Part shown: in pieces, positions 1 through 8,847 of the stretch
Layout: each line of letters begins with the position of its first letter
How positions within the stretch are numbered: the first letter of the stretch is position 1
Virus record (IMG/VR): IMGVR_UViG_3300013014_000087
Span: 1-31,871 of that record
Reading direction: 5' to 3' (one strand)
DNA length: 31,871 nucleotides
Source of the DNA: a virus
Taxonomy: Duplodnaviria; Caudoviricetes
The notes under the pieces: generated by a model
Told to the model about the DNA's origin: nothing
The model's database searches: none
The model's input: the letters and a program-made list of their open reading frames with translations, nothing else
Program-made: the position numbers and the translations under genes

Positions 1-3000
1 AGTACTTTGAGCATTTACATAACCACTTAAAGAATTTATTTTACTATCTAAAGTCGAGCCAGTAGCAAATAAGTTAGCTGTTGTGGCATAAGCATTAAGA
101 TTAACTCCTGTTAATACTGCATTTCCAGAGATATAAAGTGTTCCACCAGAGATATTGACATTTCCATTTATTAAATTTATATTTGTTCCAGAGAAATTAA
201 ATTCACTAATATTACTTAAATCTAAAGCATTAAAAATACCAGTTCCTTGAACTTCAAGATTGTTAGCAAAAGTTTTAGTTCCACTGACTGTTTGGTTACC
301 AGTAGTATAAACGATTGTATTTGGTAAAGTGATATTTGCAGCTTCGCCACTTAGTAAAAATCCCGTCCCATTTACGTTTGGGCGAGAAGCGAAAGTTTTA
401 ATTCCAGAAATAGTTTGATCGCCAGTGATATAGACTAAATTGGGAGCAAATATTCCTGTAGCAAAAGTCTTAACTCCAGAGATTATTTGATTGTTTACAT
501 TGTATACTAAATTGTTAGCAGAGACTTCTTTAAAAGAAGCTAATGCGGTAGGTGCATATATGCTTGCATCTGGTCCATTTATATAAATTGCACCATCGAG
601 ATTATCAATAGATATACCCTCATTGCCTGCATTAATATTGAATCCACCTTCTCCAAGATTCATTGATGATGGACCAGCAGTTAAATAAATATAATTTGCA
701 CCAGGACCTTCCGTGGTAATAAATAAAGAAGAATCACCATCAAAGTATTGATTTCCAGAAATATAACCAACCGTACCATTTTCATTTCCAAAAAGTATTT
801 TATTTAAGAAAGTTTTTACACCACTTATAGTTTGATTACCTTCTGTATAAACTATTCCTGTACCATTTATTGTAGGATAAACACCAAAACTAATTTCGTT
901 TCCAGAAATTACTAGAAGATTATCTTGAGTTTGATCTCCGAATGTAACATTTTCAACAAAGGTTTTATTGCCAGATATTGTTTGATTACCAGTCGTATAG
1001 ACAATTGTAGTTGGCAAAGTTATAGATTTACTATCAACATAACCGCTAAGTGAATTAATCTTGTTGTCTAATCTGCTTCCTGTATTGAATGTTTGTCCAC
1101 TAAAGATAACATCTTGACTATTAACATAACCACTCAAAGCGTTGATCTTGTTATCTAGCCTGCTTCCAGTGTTGAAAGCTTGACCGCTGAATATTAAATC
1201 TTGAGAGTTTACGTAACCACTAAGGGAATTGATTTTATTATTTAAAATTGAACCAGTAATTGCAACATTTGAATCAAGAGCTAAAGTTCCGTCTGCGTTG
1301 GGAAGCGTGATCGTTCTATTTCCTCCAATTGCTGAGCCGCTGAGGGTTGTCCTTAGATTGTCATAACCATATCCAAGCTGGATTGAGCCTTGTCCTCTTG
1401 TGTCGATTGAGCCACCACCATCATTGGTGTTGATCGAACCGCCTGGTCGTCCATTTTGACCAGCAGACATATTCAAAGTTCCTCCTGGATCGTTCCCTCC
1501 AGTAGAAATAATGCTTCCCCCATTATTGGATAAATTAATTGACCCACCGCCTCCCTCCCCACCACCAGCAGTACTAATTGAACCTCCACCATCTGAAGTA
1601 TCTATTGAACCACCACCTTGAGAGGTGTCGATTGAGCCACCACCAGAAGTGTTAATACTGCCTCCAGGCTGCTGGTCTCCGTCTACCATAGCGTAAGACA
1701 GATTGATGCTTCCTCCAGAGACATCATATTCACCGACTGAGGTTATGCTTCCACCATTATTTGAAAGATTAATTGAACCCCCAGCACCAGCGCCACCACC
1801 AGCAGTATTGATTGAACCGCCTACGTCTTCCGTGCTCGCTGACATATTAAGTGATCCACCAGGTCCGCCAGTATTACCCCTAGATGTTATATTTCCTCCG
1901 CTTTCATTGGCATTATTTTGGCCGCCACGCAAATCAATTGTACCGCCATCACCGCCTGCTGCTGATAAAAGTAGAGATCCACCGGAGCCATAACCACCAG
2001 CAGATAAATCGATACTTCCTCCACTATTAACAGATAAGTTATCGTCTAAGCAGCCTACTGATGTTATAGAACCACCACCATTTGAAAGATTGATTGAACC
2101 ACCAGCACCAAGTGCTCCGCTAGAAAAAACTATTGGAGAAGCGAAAGTTTTACTTCCAGAAATTGTTTGATCACCAGTAACATAAACTATTGTACCTGGT
2201 AATGATCCACCAGCAGAAATTCCAGATACATATCCACTTAAACTGTTAATTTTGTTATCTAAAGTTGAGCCAGTAGTATATAAATTAATCCTTGTGGCAT
2301 AAGAACTAAGATCTACCTCAGTTAAAACAGGATTGCCACTTATGTATATTTGATTATATACATTGATAGAAGAGTTGCCTGTTATTACAATATCTATCCC
2401 TGATAAGAATAAGTTGTCAATGCTTGAAACCTTAACGTTGTTAAAGTTTCCAGTTCCAGATACAGATATATTATTGATGAATGTTTTGTTACCAGAGATG
2501 ATTTGATTTCCAGTAATATAGACTATTGAGTTTGGCAATGATCCACCAGCAGAAATACCAGAAACATATCCACTTAAAGCATTAATTTTATTATCTAAAA
2601 TTGAACCTGTTAAATTAAGATTATTTTTTGTAGCATAAGAATTTAAATCTACCCCAGTTAATACTGGAACTCCACTAATAAAAAGTCCATTAGTAAAATT
2701 ACCGCTTCCATATATTGTAAAAGTATTACCAGATATAACTAAAAAGTCACCTTGGGAAGAGTCACCAAATACTGTATTTTCTACAAAAGTTTTAGTTCCA
2801 GATATTGTTTGATTACCAGTCGTATAGACAATAGTACTTGGTAAAGTTATAGATTTGCTATCCACATAACCGCTCAAACTATTAATTTTACTATCAAGTC
2901 TACTTCCTGTATTAAATACCTGACCGCTAAAGATAATATCTTGAGCATTAACGTATCCACTCAAGCTGTTTATTTTGTTATTTAAATTAGATCCAGTAGA

Positions 3001-5007
3001 AGCAGTTTGTCCGCTAAAAATAACATCTTGCGAGTTAAGGTAACCGCTCAACGAATTGATCTTGTTATCTAGTATGCTACCCGTATTAAATATTTGGCCA
3101 CTGGCAGTTTGAGAGTTTACGTAGCCACTTAGTGAATTTATCTTATTGTCAAGAGTACTTCCAGTTAATGATATTTGTCCACTAAATAGAATATCTCTAG
3201 AATCGATATATCCACTTAGGGAATTTATCTTATTATCTAATATGCTACCAGTGTTAAATACTTGACCGCTGAAGACAACATCTTGAGAGTTAACATAGCC
3301 ACTCAGAGAATTTATTTTATTGTCTAGAATCGAGCCAGTATTTCCAAGATTAATTGATGTAGCATAAGAGCTTAAATTTATTCCCGTCAATACTGGATTA
3401 CCACTTATATATATATTAGAAGAAGAATGAACTCCAGAATCTCCACCAATAATAATTTTTGCACCAGATATAACTAATTCATTTAGATTAATTATGTTTA
3501 TATCTTGAAAAATACCAGTGCCAGAGACTTGAAGATTATTGAGGAAAGTTTTATTGCCATATATAATTTGATCCCCAGTGGTATAAACTATTGTATTCGG
3601 TAAAATTGTAGCAGAAATATCTCCACTTAATAGGAATCCAGTTCCATTAACGGTTGGTCTAGATGCAAAAGTTTTGACTCCGCTTATAACTTGATTACCA
3701 GTAACGTAAACTATAGTATTTGGCAACGATCCTCCAGCAGAAATTCCAGATACATATCCGCTTAAAGCGTTGATTTTATTATCTAGGGTAAAGCCTGTTA
3801 TGAACAAATTAGCGTTTGTAGCGTATGAACTTAAATCTACCCCAGTAAGAACTGGATTTCCATTTACAAAAAGTCCACTAGTAAAGTTACCACTACCATA
3901 TATCGTAAAAGTATTACCAGAAATAACTAAAAAATCACCTTGACTAGGATCACCAAATATCGTATTTTCTACAAAAGTTTTAGTTCCAGATATAGTTTGA
4001 TTTCCTGTAGTATAAACTATAGTAGCAGGTAATGATCCTCCAGCAGAAATACCAGAAACATATCCACTTAGAGCATTAATTTTGTTATCTAAAATTGAAC
4101 CCGTGGTAAATAGTTGAGCGTCAGTTGCAAATGTAGCGTTCAAGCTTCCAGTATATCCAGTGAACAATCCACTTAACGAAAGTATACTATTATATAGATT
4201 AGATCCACTTGAAGCTATCTGTCCACTTAATATAATATTTTGAGAATTAGTATACCCACTTAATGTATTAATCTTATTATCTAGTCTACTACCAGTATTG
4301 AAAGTTTGACCACTGAATACAGTATCTTGAGTATTGACATAGCCGCTTAATGAATTGATTTTAGAATCTAATATGCTACCCGTATTAAATACTTGTCCAC
4401 TCGTAGTCTGAGAGTTCACATAACCGCTTAAAGAATTAATTTTACTATCTAAAATCGAGCCAGTAGCATATAAATTCGCGGTTGTAGCATAAGAACTTAA
4501 ATCAACACCTGTTATTAATTTATTGCCACTTACAACTGGTGCAACATCAAAAGTTTTATTTCCAGAAATAGTTTGATCACCAGTAATATAAACTAAAGTA
4601 TTTGGTAAAGCTACAGATCCTGTTTCACCAATTAGAAGAACCCCACTTCCATTTACTGTTGGCCTGGAGTAAAAATTCTTAACTCCAGAAATATCTTGAT
4701 TGCCAGTAGTGAATACAACGTTATTTTGAGAAGAAAAAGTAGCTGTTCCTGATGCTGTTCCTGATGTTAAATTGATCCATGTATTAGGTATTTGTTGCTT
4801 GTACCATAAATTACCATTAACTAATTCTATATAATGTGTTCCTCTTGGAGAATTATACAATAATGTTTGTCCAGAAGTAGCTGTGCTTGCATAATTAGGA
4901 TTTCCTTCGTAACCAAGTACATTAATGTTATCTGGCATTGTGGTGCCAGAATTAAAGAGAATAACTCTTCTCTGCATTTCAAACAGTAATTCATCTGTAG
5001 TTGCCAT
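1..5007 (-). CDS. Giant repetitive tail fibre/adhesin-like virion protein, >=1669 aa, 3' end outside the window (not in ORF track)
   Basis: ATG at 5007 (MATTDELLFEMQRRVISLNSG...) just after the stop of 5009..6895. The frame was open wherever I translated it (start, much of 1261-2160, and 1-60 = GSTLDSKINSLSGYVNAQST). Built from fibre-type repeats. Confidence 0.85.
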   Translation of the reverse strand, partial: MATTDELLFEMQRRVILFNSGTTMPDNINVLGYEGNPNYASTATSGQTLLYNSPRGTHYIELVNGNLWYKQQIPNTWINLTSGTASGTATFSSQNNVVFTTGNQDISGVKNFYSRPTVNGSGVLLIGETGSVALPNTLVYITGDQTISGNKTFDVAPVVSGNKLITGVDLSSYATTANLYATGSILDSKINSLSGYVNSQTTSGQVFNTGSILDSKINSLSGYVNTQDTVFSGQTFNTGSRLDNKINTLSGYTNSQNIILSGQIASSGSNLYNSILSLSGLFTGYTGSLNATFATDAQLFTTGSILDNKINALSGYVSGISAGGSLPATIVYTTGNQTISGTKTFVENTIFGDPSQGDFLVISGNTFTIYGSGNFTSGLFVNGNPVLTGVDLSSYATNANLFITGFTLDNKINALSGYVSGISAGGSLPNTIVYVTGNQVISGVKTFASRPTVNGTGFLLSGDISATILPNTIVYTTGDQIIYGNKTFLNNLQVSGTGIFQDINIINLNELVISGAKIIIGGDSGVHSSSNIYISGNPVLTGINLSSYATSINLGNTGSILDNKINSLSGYVNSQDVVFSGQVFNTGSILDNKINSLSGYIDSRDILFSGQISLTGSTLDNKINSLSGYVNSQTASGQIFNTGSILDNKINSLSGYLNSQDVIFSGQTASTGSNLNNKINSLSGYVNAQDIIFSGQVFNTGSRLDSKINSLSGYVDSKSITLPSTIVYTTGNQTISGTKTFVENTVFGDSSQGDFLVISGNTFTIYGSGNFTNGLFISGVPVLTGVDLNSYATKNNLNLTGSILDNKINALSGYVSGISAGGSLPNSIVYITGNQIISGNKTFINNISVSGTGNFNNVKVSSIDNLFLSGIDIVITGNSSINVYNQIYISGNPVLTEVDLSSYATRINLYTTGSTLDNKINSLSGYVSGISAGGSLPGTIVYVTGDQTISGSKTFASPIVFSSGALGAGGSINLSNGGGSITSVGCLDDNLSVNSGGSIDLSAGGYGSGGSLLLSAAGGDGGTIDLRGGQNNANESGGNITSRGNTGGPGGSLNMSASTEDVGGSINTAGGGAGAGGSINLSNNGGSITSVGEYDVSGGSINLSYAMVDGDQQPGGSINTSGGGSIDTSQGGGSIDTSDGGGSISTAGGGEGGGGSINLSNNGGSIISTGGNDPGGTLNMSAGQNGRPGGSINTNDGGGSIDTRGQGSIQLGYGYDNLRTTLSGSAIGGNRTITLPNADGTLALDSNVAITGSILNNKINSLSGYVNSQDLIFSGQAFNTGSRLDNKINALSGYVNSQDVIFSGQTFNTGSRLDNKINSLSGYVDSKSITLPTTIVYTTGNQTISGNKTFVENVTFGDQTQDNLLVISGNEISFGVYPTINGTGIVYTEGNQTISGVKTFLNKILFGNENGTVGYISGNQYFDGDSSLFITTEGPGANYIYLTAGPSSMNLGEGGFNINAGNEGISIDNLDGAIYINGPDASIYAPTALASFKEVSANNLVYNVNNQIISGVKTFATGIFAPNLVYITGDQTISGIKTFASRPNVNGTGFLLSGEAANITLPNTIVYTTGNQTVSGTKTFANNLEVQGTGIFNALDLSNISEFNFSGTNINLINGNVNISGGTLYISGNAVLTGVNLNAYATTANLFATGSTLDSKINSLSGYVNAQST
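19..4465 (-). repeat. About 17-18 coding repeats TGSxLDxKINxLSGY, in tandem runs with mostly 87-nt (29-aa) period
   Basis: Copies near 20, 1039, 1126, 1213, 2230, 2566, 2866, 2953, 3040, 3121, 3208, 3295, 3754, 4060, 4250, 4339 and 4420, plus a variant near 4168. Confidence 0.9.
268..4730 (-). repeat. About 13 coding repeats (LPxT)IVYxTGxQxIxGxKTF
   Basis: Copies near 270, 390, 465, 810, 960, 2145, 2480, 2785, 3545, 3665, 3975, 4550 and 4670. Two more occur in the N-terminus of 5009..6895. Confidence 0.85.
1381..2110 (-). repeat. Gly-rich GG(S/T/N)(I/L)(D/N/T)x repeat block inside the giant fibre
   Basis: Translation gives GGSINLSNGGGSITS, GGSIDLSAGG, GGTIDLRGG, GGSLNMSA, GGSINTA, GGGSIDTRG. 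Visibly more GC-rich than the flanks. Confidence 0.85.
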
Positions 5008-5008
5008 A

Positions 5009-6895
5009 TTATATAGTTTCCTCTACTGTTACATTAGTAGCTGCAGAACTTGATTGAGTTGCGGCTGTATCAAGTATTCGAACTATAGTAGGATTTACAC
5101 TTAAAGAATTTATACTCCAAGAATTTGGATCAGGTGTTGCTGTTGTTCCAACTGCTCTTCTATTTGGTAAACTTTTAAAAGCCCATGATAATGTCATTTT
5201 AGTATAATCAAGAACAGATGTATTTATATTTACTTCATTAGCGAAAGCAGCCAATGAAACTGTTCTTGGTAAGAATCCACCAATCACATATGTTGGTCCA
5301 GTTGTTATGCTGGTAACAACTTTACCAGCCAAATTAGTAGCAGAAATAGCACCCCAAGTATAAGTTCCTTTAGTTAAACTATCATTAATATTACTCAATG
5401 TAGCTGTCCATGTTGTAGTGCTTCCTCCAAATGCACCAAGAGTACCTCCACCAGCAGGGACACTTAATGTTGGAGCTGAAAGTAATTGCTGAGTTGCTGT
5501 AATTGTAACTGTATAGCTTGGAGTACTTGTTCCATCGCTTCCTCCAGTTCTTAATCTTGAAGCTGGCACAGAAACTGTAAGAGTTGGAGCAGTGTGCGCT
5601 ATTTTTACGACTGTGCTTGAATTTGTTGTTACAGCATTATTGGCATTTCTTGTTGCTGTTATTCTAAAGTTATTAGTACTTATATTATAATTTCCAGCAG
5701 CTCTTGTTACGGTCTTACTTGTTTGATAAGTTGAGGAGCTTGTTATAGTTAAATCACTATTTGGACTTGTATATGAAATTACATCAAAACTAGAAACAGT
5801 ATTTGATACTGTAGCTTGTTCGCTATCTTTTAATGCTTGTTGTGAACTTGGATAAGTTATAGTACTAACAGAAACTGAAGGATAAAGATTATTTAATTTT
5901 ACTGTATATTGTGCGTCTGTGCTTCCTTGGCTTGTTGTCAAAAACCAATCAGAATAAGAACCATTAGCTTTTTGAACCCTAACTTTTGCTCCCAAAGCTT
6001 GCACAGTAGTTCCTCTATCAGCAATTACTCTGCTAGTTAGATTATGTGAAGTGCCAGCAGTCACAGAAGTTGTACTAGCATTAAATGCTCCATAATTATC
6101 AATTTCTATTGATGTGACATTTATATCTGTATCAACATGGAAATTGAAAGTATCACCAGCTTTTAATTCTGTTTGAGATCCTGGATATCCACCATAAAAA
6201 TATGCACCAATTACTTGTGGAGGCGCATCTTGCGTTATTGAAATGCCATAAAAAGCTCCATCTTCGTGATCAACTCTAAGTGAAGTTGCATTATTTAAAT
6301 TAACACCAAAATCATTTACTAAAAATACTGGTCTATCATCTTGTCTTAATACTAAAGAAGAAGGTATCTCTTGTCCTGCTATATATAATTTAGGTTTAAA
6401 TCTAGTTCTGCCTTGAAGAGCATAAATATCAACAAGTACATTTTGAGTTGTAGTAGAACAAGAAATTAATGCTGTATTTCCTATAGTTTGTCCTGGAGTT
6501 TCGTATACATAATCTCCTACGTTGCCTATTCCTCCGCTTGGACTAACGTATGTTATAAAAATTGAACCACCTGCGCCACTAGCTTCGGTAGATGGTATTG
6601 GACTTCCAGCTAATAAAACTCCTGTTCCATTAACAGTTGGTATAGTGGTAAAATTTTTTAATCCATCTATATTTTGATTGCCAGTGGTATAAACGATTGT
6701 GTTTGGTAAAGTTACATTTGAGGCTTCGCCAATTAAAAGAACTCCAGTGCCATTTACGGTTGGTCTAGAGTAGAAATTCTTAACTCCAGATATATTTTGA
6801 TCGCCAGTATTATAAACTAAATTAGGCGCAATAACTTCATAGGCAAATTTTCCACTATTGGCTACTAATGTTTTAGCTTTAAAAATCTGTGCCAT
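5009..6895 (-). CDS. Tail fibre/adhesin-like virion protein with Ser/Thr-rich beta-sandwich (Ig-like) C-terminal region
   Basis: N-terminal VYxTGxQxIxGxKNF...PTVNGTGVLL repeats shared with the giant fibre. Thr/Ser-rich beta-strand pattern. AAGGA SD-like site upstream. Confidence 0.65.
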   Translation of the reverse strand: MAQIFKAKTLVANSGKFAYEVIAPNLVYNTGDQNISGVKNFYSRPTVNGTGVLLIGEASNVTLPNTIVYTTGNQNIDGLKNFTTIPTVNGTGVLLAGSPIPSTEASGAGGSIFITYVSPSGGIGNVGDYVYETPGQTIGNTALISCSTTTQNVLVDIYALQGRTRFKPKLYIAGQEIPSSLVLRQDDRPVFLVNDFGVNLNNATSLRVDHEDGAFYGISITQDAPPQVIGAYFYGGYPGSQTELKAGDTFNFHVDTDINVTSIEIDNYGAFNASTTSVTAGTSHNLTSRVIADRGTTVQALGAKVRVQKANGSYSDWFLTTSQGSTDAQYTVKLNNLYPSVSVSTITYPSSQQALKDSEQATVSNTVSSFDVISYTSPNSDLTITSSSTYQTSKTVTRAAGNYNISTNNFRITATRNANNAVTTNSSTVVKIAHTAPTLTVSVPASRLRTGGSDGTSTPSYTVTITATQQLLSAPTLSVPAGGGTLGAFGGSTTTWTATLSNINDSLTKGTYTWGAISATNLAGKVVTSITTGPTYVIGGFLPRTVSLAAFANEVNINTSVLDYTKMTLSWAFKSLPNRRAVGTTATPDPNSWSINSLSVNPTIVRILDTAATQSSSAATNVTVEETI

Positions 6896-6914
6896 TTTCT
6901 TTTTATTCCTTTTG

Positions 6915-6960
6915 TTGGTTTTTAGGCCAATCTGTCGCTTTTTAAGGCGAACTAAAGAGT
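6915..6960 (-). promoter_or_regulatory. Structured 5' leader: boxA-like ACTCTTTA followed by two 16-nt hairpins with C(U/C)UAAAAA loops (nut-like)
   Basis: The minus strand reads ACTCTTTAG-T-TCGC CTTAAAAA GCGA-CAGA-TTGG CCTAAAAA CCAA, then the AAGGA SD of the 6895 gene. Confidence 0.4.
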
Positions 6961-6993
6961 AAAAGAATTATTAATTCTATTATTCTAGTGAAT

Positions 6994-7000
6994 ATTACAC
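6994..7000 (-). promoter_or_regulatory. GTGTAAT motif (putative late promoter), 99 nt before ATG 6895
   Basis: ttacac at 6995-7000, inside the inverted repeat CTAGTG-N7-CACTAG (6985-7003). Confidence 0.65.
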
Positions 7001-7004
7001 TAGT

Positions 7005-7826
7005 TTAATTTTGTGTGGAAGCAAAAGTGTGAATCACTGCACCATCTTCTAAAATATTATCAGAAAGTAATCCTGTATATCCAGCTGTGCCAATTGATTT
7101 TGTTGACAAGTTGTACATCACATCTCCAGGAACTTCAAGGGTTGCTAATACTTTTGGTATAGCTCCGCCAAAGCTTACTGGAAAGTTAATTTGATATGCA
7201 TCTAATCCAGCGGCTAATGTTTTTGTAAACACTTGTTGACTAGTTTTTGCAACAAAAGTTGCATTTGCATAGCCACTTAAACTATCTATTTTATTATCTA
7301 AAATACTACCAGTATTTACAATTCTTTGGCCTAATAAAGAGTCTTGAGTATTAACATAACCACTTAGTGAATCAATTCTACTACTTAAAATGCTGCCAGT
7401 TTGTGCAATTTGTCCACTAATTGCTGAAATATCAGCACTACTTGAACCAGTGAATGTAGTAAATAAGTTATATAAAGTACTGCCAGTAGCAGCTAAATTG
7501 CTGGAAACTTGATTTGATAGGGCTTGAAAATATCCACTATTGCCTATTACTTTAATTTCTCCAAGTGTTGAATTTACATCTATAGTAATTCCATCTTGAC
7601 CTGTTATATAAATATTGCCTGATAAGTTATTTACGCTATTTACGTCAGCATTAGCTACATCAATTAAACTTTTTAGGTAACCACTAATTCCAGTAAGTTC
7701 ACTGTAGTAAGCTAAACCACTATTTCCGAAGCCAAGTCTTAGTGTAGAGCTATTGTCCCAAGCTGCACTTTGAATTGGAGTTAAATTATATCCACTAAGT
7801 CTAATATGTTTGAAGGCGGTAATCAT
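7005..7826 (-). CDS. Tail fibre-associated structural protein with coiled-coil repeats
   Basis: Contains TGSILSSRIDSLSGY and TGSILDNKIDSLSGY repeats shared with the giant fibre, a VNSVNNLSGNI fibre motif, and a C-terminal beta domain (INFPVSF..P.V) resembling that of 7862..8401. Confidence 0.6.
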   Translation of the reverse strand: MITAFKHIRLSGYNLTPIQSAAWDNSSTLRLGFGNSGLAYYSELTGISGYLKSLIDVANADVNSVNNLSGNIYITGQDGITIDVNSTLGEIKVIGNSGYFQALSNQVSSNLAATGSTLYNLFTTFTGSSSADISAISGQIAQTGSILSSRIDSLSGYVNTQDSLLGQRIVNTGSILDNKIDSLSGYANATFVAKTSQQVFTKTLAAGLDAYQINFPVSFGGAIPKVLATLEVPGDVMYNLSTKSIGTAGYTGLLSDNILEDGAVIHTFASTQN

Positions 7827-7848
7827 AATTTTTGTTTCCTTTTATACT

Positions 7849-7855
7849 ATTACAC
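7849..7855 (-). promoter_or_regulatory. GTGTAAT motif, 23 nt before ATG 7826, with AAGGA SD in the leader
   Basis: ttacac at 7850-7855. Confidence 0.7.
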
Positions 7856-7861
7856 ATATAT

Positions 7862-8401
7862 TTATTTTTTTACCTGAATATTTAAAAAATATCCATTATT
7901 TAGTAAATTATCACTAAAATTTATATTAAATCCAGCGTTAGTTATTGAGCCAACTGTAAAATAATAGGCCATATCATCTATTGTATTTTGAAAAGTGCAA
8001 ACTACTGATCTTGGCGTGGCACTTAATGATTCTGGATACTGAATATAGTAGTTGTCTGTTCCAGCAGTGAGATTAGCCTTATAACCAACTATATTTTCTC
8101 TTTCAAAATATCCACTTAATGGAGATGCATCAATTTTGATTGATTTATAAGGACTTAAATCTGTATTTGTTAGTATTGAGATGCCTGTACCAGCGATAAA
8201 TCTTAAGGTCTCTATTCCAGTTGGAATTAGATCTGCTTGTCCGCTTACATTTATTATTTTAAAAAGATTATCAAGTGCATTTTGTCCTGGTGGACCTTGT
8301 GGGCCAGGAATATATACATTAGCATTCGCAGGAAAACTTGGAGAATTTACATCCGTTGTTATTGCGTTTGGCAAGATTACATCTACGATTACATCTCCCA
8401 T
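7862..8401 (-). CDS. Minor tail/fibre protein with a short collagen-like stretch
   Basis: GPQGPPGQ triplets. C-terminal YYIQYP...P.SVV...GF.I.FS beta domain typical of fibre tips. Confidence 0.5.
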   Translation of the reverse strand: MGDVIVDVILPNAITTDVNSPSFPANANVYIPGPQGPPGQNALDNLFKIINVSGQADLIPTGIETLRFIAGTGISILTNTDLSPYKSIKIDASPLSGYFERENIVGYKANLTAGTDNYYIQYPESLSATPRSVVCTFQNTIDDMAYYFTVGSITNAGFNINFSDNLLNNGYFLNIQVKK

Positions 8402-8405
8402 AAAA

Positions 8406-8780
8406 TTAAAAAGATGTTACTTCTGGACTTACAACAAATTTTCCTCTGATTAATTTTATAGAATTACCAGTTGGTATTCCATAAGGAAATCTTTCTATAT
8501 CATAAACAAAAATTCCAACAGGAATAGCTGCCATTGTATAGGAATCAATATTTATATTTACTATTCCAGATGGATAATATGACCCATTATTTCCTGACAT
8601 AATCAGTGGATTTAAATTTAATAAAATTTGTTCATTCCCTGTGTATCCATAAGCATATCTTACGACACCTCTAACATCATATCCACTTAAATTTATTGGG
8701 GTATTATCAGTATTTCTTACTCTTAATGAAAGTTGTATGTTGTCGCCTTGTATAGTTTCTATATTATATGAAGTAGCCAT
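8406..8780 (-). CDS. Baseplate/fibre adaptor-like protein (BppU-N-like Ig fold)
   Basis: Pattern IQGD..L.L...NTPINLSGY...YDIE...G.F.VSPEVT, common in phage proteins that precede fibre genes. Confidence 0.5.
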   Translation of the reverse strand: MATSYNIETIQGDNIQLSLRVRNTDNTPINLSGYDVRGVVRYAYGYTGNEQILLNLNPLIMSGNNGSYYPSGIVNINIDSYTMAAIPVGIFVYDIERFPYGIPTGNSIKLIRGKFVVSPEVTSF

Positions 8781-8787
8781 ATAACAA

Positions 8788-8794
8788 ATTACAC
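8788..8794 (-). promoter_or_regulatory. GTGTAAT motif, 8 nt before ATG 8780
   Basis: GTGTAA-TTTGTTAT-ATG; no SD. Confidence 0.75.
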
Positions 8795-8847
8795 GTAGGA
8801 TTTATATTTTAATTAAAAAGAAAAATAATGAAATATTATTCTATACA

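Noticed and set aside
1703-1993. Plus-strand Pro-rich 96-aa ORF
   Set aside because: Antisense shadow of the Gly-rich (GGN) repeats in the giant minus-strand fibre gene.
940-4023. Duplicated segments as a diversity-generating retroelement TR/VR pair
   Set aside because: Differences are not confined to adenines, both copies are internal coding sequence, and there is no reverse transcriptase in the window.
19-4465. Regularly spaced ~87-nt repeats as a CRISPR array or non-coding repeat
   Set aside because: Copies vary at third codon positions and keep the reading frame, so they are protein repeats. No invariant direct repeat and no cas genes.
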